A stretch of 64,000 nucleotides of DNA from an uncultured Candidatus Rokubacteria bacterium (GTDB lineage Bacteria > Methylomirabilota > Methylomirabilia > Rokubacteriales > DASRDR01), in the NCBI GenBank assembly GCA_963826115.1, contig CAWGVS010000012.1, positions 192,001 to 256,000 on the forward strand, read 5' to 3'. Each line of letters starts with the position of its first letter. Position 1 is the first letter of the stretch. The position numbers and the translations under genes are program-made. The notes below the pieces were generated by a model, which did no database searches, was not told the origin of the DNA, and saw only the letters and a program-made list of their open reading frames with translations. Shown here piece after piece: positions 30,409 to 39,046 of this stretch.

Positions 30409-30843
30409 ATGAACCTCATGAAAGTCAGGTTCAAGTGGCGCACGCAGACGTTGGATTTCGACCCGACTGACCCCTGCGGCAATGACGAGACGGACACGCC
30501 GGCCACAGAGGCCCCGGTCGGAAACGCACCGGTTCTGAACACCATCCTGCTGTACGAGGGCAACGGATGTTGGTACGTCAACGAGGGTCAGAACTGGTGG
30601 ACGTGGTGCGCGGCCAATACGGTTCTCAGAGTCAGGTTGAGGAAGAATGGCTCCGTCCAGGCGGTGGCGCGGAGGATCAGCGCCAGCGGCTCGGGTACCT
30701 GGGACGACCTCGATACCGTTGACCCGCCGGGAAACGTCGCTCTCAGAGATGCGTGCACGATCCGTGATGGCACTCCCGTTGGTGCGCCGCCAGCACCGTG
30801 TCGTTGGGTCATCCAGGGCGGGAAAGCCTATAGGATCTGCTAG
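30409..30843 (+). CDS. Peptidase-associated small beta-rich protein, copy 1 (144 aa)
   Basis: RBS GGAGGAGG; clear paralog of 32620..33051; ends PAPCRWVIQGGKAYRIC. Confidence 0.85.
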   Translation: MNLMKVRFKWRTQTLDFDPTDPCGNDETDTPATEAPVGNAPVLNTILLYEGNGCWYVNEGQNWWTWCAANTVLRVRLRKNGSVQAVARRISASGSGTWDDLDTVDPPGNVALRDACTIRDGTPVGAPPAPCRWVIQGGKAYRIC

Positions 30844-30850
30844 ACCCGCG

Positions 30851-30887
30851 CCCGCGGGGCCGCGCGGCGAGCCCGCGGCCCCGCGGG
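30851..30887 (+). terminator. 14-bp perfect inverted repeat after the partner gene (terminator/stabiliser hairpin)
   Basis: cccgcggggccgcg-N9-cgcggccccgcggg; no strong U-tract. Confidence 0.5.
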
Positions 30888-30980
30888 ATGTCCTTCCCGA
30901 CCGCGAGACACGCGCGCGCGGCCGACGTTGCGCGCGAGACGAGGCGACCCCCCGCCGCGGCACCACCGGCGGCGAGCATG

Positions 30981-31040
30981 GAAGACGCGCCGAATGGCCT
31001 GGCGGCCGTCCCACAGAGCGAGGCGACATGAACCTCATGA
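30981..31040 (+). pseudogene. Stump (5' UTR, RBS, first four codons MNLM) of a third partner gene
   Basis: gaagacgcgccgaatggcctggcggcc...acagagcgaggcgacATGAACCTCATGA aligns with the leaders and starts of both intact partner genes. Confidence 0.7.
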
Positions 31041-31105
31041 TGGATCACGCGACGCGGGCGCCCATCTACGTCCAAGAACCCCGGTGACGGGGCGAAGGAA
31101 GGACG

Positions 31106-32473
31106 ATGCCCCCGAACAGGAGTGCCGCGGCCACTCGCCCGGCCCAGCCGGCTCTGCCGGAGGCTCGCATCGCCATCCGGCTCAAGCCCAGCGCGGGAAC
31201 CGGATCCTCCCCCAGCCCGGACGACGGGATCCGGCAGGCGTTCGCGAGCACCCTCACGCCGCCTGGGCTCCGTCTGAGCATCGAGCCCTTGTTCAAGTCG
31301 GTCGGGCCGCGCGAGATCGCGGCCATGATTCAGCGCGCCAAGGCCTTCGACCCAACCTACACGCCTCCGGCCCTCGACACATGGCGCCAAGTCATCTTGC
31401 GCGCCGGCCCAAGGGCGCCTCTCGAGGCATCGATCGTCGACCAGCTCGTCGACGGCCTGCAGAGGCTCGCCACTGTGGACAGCGTTTACGCCATGCGCGT
31501 CGGGCCGCCGCCGGAGGTCCGCCCCGGCGACGACCCACGCACCCCCCGCCAAGGCTACCTGGACCCCGCCCCATGCGGGATCGATGCGCGCCACGCCTGG
31601 ACCTTCGAGGGCGGGACCGGGGCCGGCGTCGGGTTCGTCGACCTGGAGCAGGGATGGCACCTCGACCACGAGGACCTGGTGGACGCCCGCATTGCGCTCA
31701 TCTCGGGCGTCAACAAGAAGTACCGCCCGCACGGCACAGCCGTGCTCGGCATCGTGTTGATGGTCGACAACGCCATCGGAGGCGTGGGCATCGCCCCGAG
31801 CTGCACGGGACGCGTGATCTCCCAGCATCGAGACGACGGCGGCGAGAACATCGCCGACGCCATCACCGACGCGGCGGCGCACATGCAGCGGGGCGACGTG
31901 CTGCTCCTCGAGGCGCAGGAGTATCATCCGGTGATCAAGTCATACGGGTGGCCTGTCGAGATCGTCACACTCCACTTCGATCTCATTGAGTTCGTCACGA
32001 AACAGGGCATCACGGTGATCGAGGCCGCCGGCAACGGCAATTTCGACCTGGACACCTATGTGAACGCTGCCGGGGTGCGCATCTTTGACCGTGGTAGCCC
32101 GGGCTTCCGCGACTCCGGGGCGGTCATGGTCGGGGCGGCCGAGCCGTGGGAACAGCACCCGCGCTGGGGCGGCTCCAACTTTGGCTCGCGCATCGACTGC
32201 TACGGCTGGGGCAACGGCATCGACACCGCGTGGACGAACGACGCGAGAACGAAGTACACCCCCTCCTTCCCAGGCACGTCGGGCGCCTCCGCCATCGTCG
32301 CGGGCGCTGCCGTGATCTTGCAGGGACGGGCACGCGCAGGATCGGGACGACCCCTCTGGCCGCTGGAGCTCCGGAACGCACTGCTGACCGGCGGTACCCC
32401 TTCGGCCCAGCCCTCCGGCGACCGGATCGGACTCATGCCCAACCTCCGGGCCATCATCGAAGCGGGCCGCTGA
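31106..32473 (+). CDS. S8 (subtilisin-family) serine peptidase, copy 2
   Basis: FVDLEQGW, HGTAVLG, EAAGNG and FPGTSGASAIVAG; colinear paralog of copy 1; no signal peptide. Confidence 0.92.
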   Translation: MPPNRSAAATRPAQPALPEARIAIRLKPSAGTGSSPSPDDGIRQAFASTLTPPGLRLSIEPLFKSVGPREIAAMIQRAKAFDPTYTPPALDTWRQVILRAGPRAPLEASIVDQLVDGLQRLATVDSVYAMRVGPPPEVRPGDDPRTPRQGYLDPAPCGIDARHAWTFEGGTGAGVGFVDLEQGWHLDHEDLVDARIALISGVNKKYRPHGTAVLGIVLMVDNAIGGVGIAPSCTGRVISQHRDDGGENIADAITDAAAHMQRGDVLLLEAQEYHPVIKSYGWPVEIVTLHFDLIEFVTKQGITVIEAAGNGNFDLDTYVNAAGVRIFDRGSPGFRDSGAVMVGAAEPWEQHPRWGGSNFGSRIDCYGWGNGIDTAWTNDARTKYTPSFPGTSGASAIVAGAAVILQGRARAGSGRPLWPLELRNALLTGGTPSAQPSGDRIGLMPNLRAIIEAGR

Positions 32474-32619
32474 TCGGCTCACCGTACCCGAGGCACCACG
32501 GGTCGTTTGCGGTTCGAGTGCCGAGTGCGCTAGACTGCCGCTCGTTTCGGCACCTCATCCGCTGTCACTCAACGGAGGCGCGTCGAATCGCCCAGGGGCC
32601 TGAGACAGAAGGAGACGAC

Positions 32620-33051
32620 ATGAACCTTATGAAGGTGAAGTTCAAGTGGCGTACTGCACATCTGGACCTCGATCCGAACGATCCCGCCGCCAACGACGAG
32701 ACCGACGCGCCGGCCGTGTTGTCCCCGCCGGGAATCGTCACTTTGGTGAACACCGTTCGACTCTTTTCGAATTCCGACACGGGATACTGGTACGTCAACG
32801 ACGGCGCGACTTGGTGGCCGTGGCCGGGCGACACGACGTTCAAGGTTAGAGTGAAGCAGAATGGGTCGGTCGGCGCGGTCCTATGGAAGAGGGGGCCGAC
32901 GGATTTCGTGCCCATAGGGTCCACCAACACGCAGCCCGCCGGCGTCGCCCGAAGAGATACCTGCACGATCGAAGACGGCAATGAACCTGGCTCACCCCCG
33001 GCGCCGTGCCGTTGGGTCGTCCAGGGAGGGAAAGCCTACAAGATCTGCTAG
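32620..33051 (+). CDS. Peptidase-associated small beta-rich protein, copy 2 (143 aa)
   Basis: RBS AAGGAG; MNLMKVKFKWRT...PAPCRWVVQGGKAYKIC. Confidence 0.85.
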   Translation: MNLMKVKFKWRTAHLDLDPNDPAANDETDAPAVLSPPGIVTLVNTVRLFSNSDTGYWYVNDGATWWPWPGDTTFKVRVKQNGSVGAVLWKRGPTDFVPIGSTNTQPAGVARRDTCTIEDGNEPGSPPAPCRWVVQGGKAYKIC

Positions 33052-33211
33052 GCGGTCCTCCGATAGTGCCCGCCTGACGGCGGGCCCGTCGTGACCACTT
33101 CTCGGCGGGCGGCCTCACGTGCGGCCTGCGCCGCACGCGAGACCGCAAGCCCGCGGCGTGACATCATGGTCCTTGTTCGACTAGGCACCAGTCAGGTAAG
33201 GAGACGACCCA

Positions 33212-33628
33212 ATGCTGGGCGACAAGATCGGCGAGGAGCGGGGCAAGGTCACGGGCCGGCGGGCCCTCAAGAGCGAGGATCCGCGCTACCTGAAGCTCGA
33301 GATCTCGTTCGAGACGCAGGCGTCCCTCTATGGCGTTCCCTGCATGAGCGTCGGCACCTACGAGGTCTTCGAGCGCGTCCCCGGACAGCTCTACGGCGTC
33401 GGCCAGGGCATGGTGCGGACCCAGGACGGCAGCGAGGGCGCCATCTGGAACGGCCACGGCGTGGGCACACCGACGCCCGACGGCGGCGTCCGGTTCGCGG
33501 CGTCCGTGAGCTACCAGGCGGGGTCCGGCGGCAAGCTGGCCCGCCTGAACCACGTCCTCGTCCTCGTGGAGCACGTCGCGAGCGGCGACGGCAGCGCGCG
33601 GTCGACCTTCACGGAGTGGAAGGCCTAG
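33212..33628 (+). CDS. Conserved hypothetical protein (136-138 aa, beta-rich)
   Basis: MLGDKIGEERGKVTGRR...GQLYGVGQG...EWK; AAGGAG RBS; normal codon bias. Confidence 0.8.
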   Translation: MLGDKIGEERGKVTGRRALKSEDPRYLKLEISFETQASLYGVPCMSVGTYEVFERVPGQLYGVGQGMVRTQDGSEGAIWNGHGVGTPTPDGGVRFAASVSYQAGSGGKLARLNHVLVLVEHVASGDGSARSTFTEWKA

Positions 33629-33652
33629 CGCCGCGACGAGCGCGAGGCGCGG

Positions 33653-33823
33653 CTAGAGGTCGACGAAGCGGCCGCCCACCCACGCGAGCGGCGCGCGGAC
33701 GCGCGTGCCGGTGTACACCGACACGGCGACGCCCCGACCGGCCAGGGCCGCCACCATGGCGAGCCGCCGGCGGGGATGGCTCACCTCCGGCATGCAGAAG
33801 ACCGCGGCGAGCGGGGCGGTCAC
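33653..33823 (-). pseudogene. Truncated N-terminus of a GT1/MGT-like glycosyltransferase
   Basis: AVFCMPEVSH...MVAALAGRGVAVSVYT...VGGRFVDL* resembles the first beta-alpha-beta of GT-B enzymes. GTG is coupled to the methyltransferase stop. Confidence 0.5.
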
Positions 33824-34689
33824 CGCGCGTCGGAGCCGGGCGGGCCGGGTCGATCGGACTCCATGCCGGGGGCGAGCCCCCGCGCGATGTCCGCCTCGGA
33901 CCGCCCGTTGATCCACGGATAGGTCGAGAGGAGCACCGGCGTCCCCTTGAGGGCCGCGACCGTGACGCGGTCCGCCGCCTTCCCGGGCTCGAAGGGCACG
34001 TGGCCCTCGAGCACCGAGGTGAACCCGACGTCGTGCAGCACCCGGAGTAGCGACGGGCGCGTCAGGCGAAAGCTCCAGGCGTTGTCGATCGACCGCAGCA
34101 CGCGCGCGCGCCGGACCTCGGCGGGATCGTGGTCCTCGTGCTCGCGGTGGCGGCGGCCGTGGTACGTGCGATCCCGCCAGGCGGCGGTCTCCTCCCCGTC
34201 CGGGCTGATCAGCGTGTCGACTACCACCAGGCGCTCGCAGATGTCTCCGACGTGCTCCAGCACCGAGAACAGGTCCGGAGCGTCCAGGTGATAGAGGAGC
34301 CCCAGGAGGTACACGACGTCGAACGTCCCGTGCGTGGCGCGGGTCACGCGGCGCACGTCCTCCTGGACGAACCGCACGGCGCGCACGTCGTGGCGCGCGG
34401 CGCAGCCGGCGCCGAGCGCCATGCGCTCGGTCCGGGCGTCGAGCGCCAGCACCTCGGCCCCGCGAAGGGCCGCCTCGATCGCGTACACGCCCTCGCCGCA
34501 GCCGAGGTCGAGGATCCGCAGCGTCTCGAAGGGCCGGCCCGCCAGATCGCGCGTGAGCTGCATGACCCGGCGGACCTTCACCGCGTTCGCCATCCCGGTC
34601 TGCGGCGCGCCCACGCCGGCTTCCAGCCCCTTCCGGGCGAAGAGGAGGAGCGCGTCGGCGTCCAGGGCCCGGGGGGTCTCGTCGGTCAT
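33820..34689 (-). CDS. Class I SAM-dependent methyltransferase
   Basis: ILDLGCGEG and FDVVYLLGLLYHL motifs; AGGAG RBS. Confidence 0.9.
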   Translation of the reverse strand: MTDETPRALDADALLLFARKGLEAGVGAPQTGMANAVKVRRVMQLTRDLAGRPFETLRILDLGCGEGVYAIEAALRGAEVLALDARTERMALGAGCAARHDVRAVRFVQEDVRRVTRATHGTFDVVYLLGLLYHLDAPDLFSVLEHVGDICERLVVVDTLISPDGEETAAWRDRTYHGRRHREHEDHDPAEVRRARVLRSIDNAWSFRLTRPSLLRVLHDVGFTSVLEGHVPFEPGKAADRVTVAALKGTPVLLSTYPWINGRSEADIARGLAPGMESDRPGPPGSDAR

Positions 34690-34749
34690 GTGGCTCCTCT
34701 GGCTCCGTGGGAGTCGAGCGGGCAAGTCATCCGGCGACCCCGCGCGCTG

Positions 34750-35200
34750 GAGTCACGTCCGCTGCCGGTGCCCAGGATGGCCACACATGCAGGAGCTTGC
34801 CCTTCTCCGGCACGCAGGGGGCTTCCGCTCGACGCGCGGCAGGCCGGCGGCGCGCCAGTAGGTGGCCATGACACGCTCCGCGCCCGATCCCGCGCCGATG
34901 GCGTCCAGGAGCGCGTTCCGTACAACCCCCTCGTCGAGCGGGCCGACGCGCGGGTGGACGCGCAGCTCCAAGCCCGGTCCGTCGTCGCCACGATCCGTCT
35001 CGAGGGGCTGGTCGTCCGCCGGCCCGACGCCGAAGCGGGCCGGGAGATGCGTCTCCAGCACGGCGTCGACGTCGAGGACCGTCATCCCGCCCGCCGTGAG
35101 CTTCTCGCGCGGGCAATCGCAGCGGTGACCAGTTGACCCAGATGAGCCACCCCACCAGGGATGGCGTCCGACGAGCGCGACCACACCGCCGCGGCGCGTC
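34750..35200 (-). pseudogene. Degenerate paralogous fragment of the C-terminus of the adjacent PaaK-like gene
   Basis: EKLTAGGMTVLD...LPARFGVGPAD.Q...LRVHPRVGPLD...GAGSGAER...W...ERKP matches EKLTAGGIAFLD...LPARFGGGPADYQ...IHPAVGPLD...GSGSGIER...W...ERRP in 35281..36927. Confidence 0.8.
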
Positions 35201-35280
35201 ACCGGCAGCTCCCGGCGCGGAGCTCGGCGGCGGGCCGGATGTCGTCGCCGAAGAGGCCCACGCCCAGCGTGCTCGAGGTC

Positions 35281-36927
35281 TCAGCCCGGACGGGGTTGAG
35301 GCGTCTCGTCACGTCCGGCCATCCGCGCCCCAGGAGAGCCGACGTGAAGGTGGAGAACCTTGCCCGACGCCATGGCCAGGGGCGGTCGGCGCTCGATTCG
35401 AAGAAACTGCCCGGCCTGCCACAGAAGCCCCGCGAGACGCTCGATTCCCGATCCGGAGCCGGCGGCTTGGAGGAACGCATTCGCCACTTCGTCGAGATCG
35501 AGCGGGCCCACCGCAGGGTGAATCAGGAGCCGTAGACACGGCCGCCCGCTCTCGGCCTCGTCCTCGACCAGCTGGTAGTCGGCCGGGCCCCCGCCGAAGC
35601 GCGCCGGCAAGACCTCCTCGAGCACGCGGACCAGGTCCGCATCCAGAAACGCGATGCCCCCAGCCGTCAGCTTCTCGAAGCTGCGGACGGTCTCGAGATG
35701 GGTCGTCCAGCCATGGGCTTCGAGGGGGCAGCCGCACCTGCGCTGGATCACCCTCGCCTGATCGCCCAGCGACACGTTCAGGAGCACGAAGGGGGCCCTC
35801 GGAAGCAGCGAGGAGACCAGAAGGGTGAGGGGCGGCAGTCCGGCGGCGCCCTCGCCGGATCCGGGCTGGATCAGAGCCTGGGTATCGTGGAGCACGTGGA
35901 CGTCGTCCGGCGCACCCGGGGTGACGCACCCGGCGCCGAGCGGGCCGCCCAGCTCCATGGCCCCGTAGCTCGCGGCGACCGTGGCGCCGGCCATCCGGAT
36001 CGCGTCGAGACGCGTCTCGGTGATCGGCTCGCCCGAGAGCGTGAAACACGCGCCCCGAATGTCGACGCCCTTCTCGAGCGCCGCCTGCGCCAGACGCGCC
36101 GCCGGGCTAGGGGCCATGAAGACGTGCGGGGTGCCCCCACCCCGAAGCACCTCGTGCATCCAGCCGGCGACCTGGAGCGCCTCATCGACGGGGACGTGCT
36201 GGATCCGCGGCAGCGGCACCCCACCCATCAGCCCGCCCCACCGCATGACGCGAGCGCTCCAGCGATACCGAGCGTGGAGCTCGGGTGAGTCGGGATCGAC
36301 TGGCGAGAACCAGCGATCCGGCACCGCCCCGGCGGCCGCGAACCGGAGCAGCACACGCATGGGCGTGCCCCCCGGCACGGCCCAGACGGCGTGACGGCAC
36401 TTCGTCCAGCCCCGCGCGCTGAAGATCAGCCGCTGGTTCACGGCATGTTCGCGGACGGACGCGAGATCGAGCAGCGCCACGGTGGGCAATCCTCGGCTTC
36501 CACCGCTCTGGAGCGGCACGTGCGCGACCGCGAAAGGATTCCGCAGGCGACTCGGATCCACCACGACGGTGGCACTCCCGCGCACCGCGGGTCGCCGGCC
36601 CTTGAACTCGTCCACGGTGAGATAGACGCCCTGCCGGAGCAGAGCACCGAGGGCTCCCTCCACGCCATCGCCGTTGACGAGCTTCTCCAGATCCCCGTAC
36701 TCGCAGCCCGCGAGGTCCAGGAGCTGGCGATAGGGGCTTGCGGCATCGGCGTAGATGATCCGACGGGCCAGGGTGAGGAAGCTGGTCTCCCGGTGCTCGA
36801 GACGTCGGCGAAGGACAGCGCGAGCCTCCTCCAGGCTGACCGGGTGCCGCAGGAAGGCCGGGAGGCGAGCCAAGAACCTCGCGCCGACGAGAGCGTCCTT
36901 CAGTGAGCTCGGGCCGAGCGACTTCAC
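35281..36927 (-). CDS. Adenylate-forming (phenylacetate-CoA ligase/PaaK-like) family protein
   Basis: LQSGGSRG (P-loop-like), SGEP, SYGAMELG, LLNVSLGD, RCGCP and SGKV (A10-like Lys). GTG start after GGAGG. Confidence 0.65.
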   Translation of the reverse strand: MKSLGPSSLKDALVGARFLARLPAFLRHPVSLEEARAVLRRRLEHRETSFLTLARRIIYADAASPYRQLLDLAGCEYGDLEKLVNGDGVEGALGALLRQGVYLTVDEFKGRRPAVRGSATVVVDPSRLRNPFAVAHVPLQSGGSRGLPTVALLDLASVREHAVNQRLIFSARGWTKCRHAVWAVPGGTPMRVLLRFAAAGAVPDRWFSPVDPDSPELHARYRWSARVMRWGGLMGGVPLPRIQHVPVDEALQVAGWMHEVLRGGGTPHVFMAPSPAARLAQAALEKGVDIRGACFTLSGEPITETRLDAIRMAGATVAASYGAMELGGPLGAGCVTPGAPDDVHVLHDTQALIQPGSGEGAAGLPPLTLLVSSLLPRAPFVLLNVSLGDQARVIQRRCGCPLEAHGWTTHLETVRSFEKLTAGGIAFLDADLVRVLEEVLPARFGGGPADYQLVEDEAESGRPCLRLLIHPAVGPLDLDEVANAFLQAAGSGSGIERLAGLLWQAGQFLRIERRPPLAMASGKVLHLHVGSPGARMAGRDETPQPRPG

Positions 36928-37280
36928 CGGTTCAGCCTCCCCGGCACCATAGGACACCGGCCGATGGGTCACAAGTGGGTTCGCTGTCGCAGGGGGTCGT
37001 CCGAGACGGGTTGCAAGCATCGCGAGCGTCGCCAGGGATCGCGGGTCGGTTTCGCCGAAATCGCGCAGGTAGCGAGCCACCGCGACGACCGCGGCCGCCC
37101 TCGGCGATGGTTGACATGGAAAGGGCGCGCGTGGGAGCCTCGGCCCGGCGAGTCCATCCTGGTTTCGCTACCCGCGAGCGAAGCCGCGGCCGAGGCACCG
37201 ATCCGGGATGGCCATGGACGCGATCGGGGCCCGGAGATTCCGGGGAACACCCGTCACCGACTGTCACCGCGGAGGATTCG

Positions 37281-38960
37281 ATGCGATTCGCAGCGCAACG
37301 CTCGCGCCAGGAGGTGGCGCCCCGCTCGCTCGACGTGTGTGTCGTCGGGGCCGGACTCTCCGGGCTCGTGACGATCAAAGAGCTGCTCGACGAAGGGCAT
37401 CGTGTGACGTGCTTCGAGCACGAAGCGCAGGCAGGCGGCAACTTCAACTATCCGACCGGCGCGGCGTACGACACGATGTACCTGACGACGTCCCAGTATT
37501 TCACCGCCTTCTCCTCCTTCCCGCCTCCACTCGACCAGACGCCGCGTCACTGGTCGCGACGGGAGTACGCCCAGTACCTGCACGACTTCTCGATGGAGTT
37601 CCAGCTGCTGCGCCACATCCGATTCGGCATCGAGGTCGTCACCGTGCGACGCGTTCAGGACGGCTCCAGCGAGAAGTTCCTCGTCGAGCACCGGGACTCG
37701 AAGACGGGGCTGTCGACGCGGACCGCGTTCGACGCGATCGCCATCTGCACGGGACCACACTCGGTCAAGACGCCGCGGGTCCCGAGCCTTCCGGGCGCGG
37801 CCAGATTTCGCGGCCGGATCGAGTACGCGACGTCGTACAAGTCCCCGGAACCGTACCGCGGAAAGCACGTCGTGTGCATCGGCCTCGGCGAGACGGCCGC
37901 CGACGTCACCGGCCAGATCGCGGACGTGGCCGCCTCGTGCTGGGCGACCTTTCGTCACTACCCTGCGGTGCTGACGCGCTACATCGAGAAAAAAGCTGGG
38001 CGCTTTCCCAATGACGCCATCTTGGCGCGCCTCGTGCACGCCGTGCCGCGTGCCGTGATCAACCGCATGCAGCTGCGCCGTGCCCGACGCACCCTCGCGG
38101 CTCCTCCCGGGAGGGCCAGCGCGCGGGATCGCCTCATCGCCGAGTGGCGGATCAAGGGCGGAACCCCGGGGCATCAACCGCTGCAGAAGAACGACGAGTT
38201 CATCGACCGAATCGTCGCGGGGACGTTACAGGTGAAGCCGTGCGGGATCGAGCGTCTGGAGGAGGACGCGGTCGTGTTCAGCGACGGCAGCCGAGTGAAG
38301 GCCGACGTCGTGATGTGCTGCACTGGCTTCGACGAAAACAATCCCCCGGTTCTGGTCGAGGGCACCAAACCCTTCACCGTCAGACAGCTCTACAAGCACG
38401 CCTTTCACCCGGACTTCGGCGGACGGCTGGCGTACGTCGGGTGGGCCCGGCCGGTACAGGGCGGCGTCCCGGCGTGCGCCGAGCTCCAGGCGCGATACTT
38501 CGCGCTGCTGTGCAGCGGCCGGAGATCGCTTCCCGAGCCTGCCGACTTGGGCCGTCTGATCGAGAATGACCGGGAGCGCGAGGAGCGCTCCTTCTACGCC
38601 CGCAAGGATCTGGGGACGCTCTGCAGCTACACGACCTACCTGGACTCCGTGGCCGAGCTGATCGGATGTCGGCCCCGGCTGCGAGATCACCTCTTCGAGC
38701 CGAAACTTGCCTATCGCTTGCTCGGTGGGTCGAACATCGCTGCCGCGTATCGGCTACGCGGGCCTCACGCGCAGCCGGAGCTGGCGAAGAGGCTGATCCT
38801 CCGTCTGCCCGTCCTCTTGAGCCCCGTCCAGATGGTAGGCTTCGGCGTTCTGAGCGTGCTCACGCGGGCCGGGGTGCTCAAAGAGCCGAAGCACCCGAGC
38901 GGTCCCGATGATCGCGCGGCTCGGATGCCGGCCATGGCCACTCGGAACGCCGCCGGATAG
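37281..38960 (+). CDS. Flavin-containing monooxygenase (FMO)
   Basis: VVGAGLSG, AICTG, FRGRIEYATSYK (FMO fingerprint variant), IGLGETAAD, CCTGF and AELQARY. Confidence 0.9.
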   Translation: MRFAAQRSRQEVAPRSLDVCVVGAGLSGLVTIKELLDEGHRVTCFEHEAQAGGNFNYPTGAAYDTMYLTTSQYFTAFSSFPPPLDQTPRHWSRREYAQYLHDFSMEFQLLRHIRFGIEVVTVRRVQDGSSEKFLVEHRDSKTGLSTRTAFDAIAICTGPHSVKTPRVPSLPGAARFRGRIEYATSYKSPEPYRGKHVVCIGLGETAADVTGQIADVAASCWATFRHYPAVLTRYIEKKAGRFPNDAILARLVHAVPRAVINRMQLRRARRTLAAPPGRASARDRLIAEWRIKGGTPGHQPLQKNDEFIDRIVAGTLQVKPCGIERLEEDAVVFSDGSRVKADVVMCCTGFDENNPPVLVEGTKPFTVRQLYKHAFHPDFGGRLAYVGWARPVQGGVPACAELQARYFALLCSGRRSLPEPADLGRLIENDREREERSFYARKDLGTLCSYTTYLDSVAELIGCRPRLRDHLFEPKLAYRLLGGSNIAAAYRLRGPHAQPELAKRLILRLPVLLSPVQMVGFGVLSVLTRAGVLKEPKHPSGPDDRAARMPAMATRNAAG

Positions 38961-39046
38961 GATCGGATCTACCGACCCCGGGCCTGTGAGTGTTGATTCG
39001 GCCGGGCGAGGCCGCCCTCGATTCCCGAATCCGCGGGGGGCCTTCC

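Noticed and set aside
31028-31087. 19-aa leader or precursor peptide MNLMMDHATRAPIYVQEPR
   Set aside because: Better explained as a deletion junction between a partner-gene start and the peptidase leader; homology stops after four codons.
28890-33051. Cyanobactin or lanthipeptide cluster, or IetAS/gasdermin system
   Set aside because: No YcaO, LanB/C/M, transporter, AAA ATPase or gasdermin-sized gene is adjacent; the partner matches none of these by eye, so it is kept as an unknown system.
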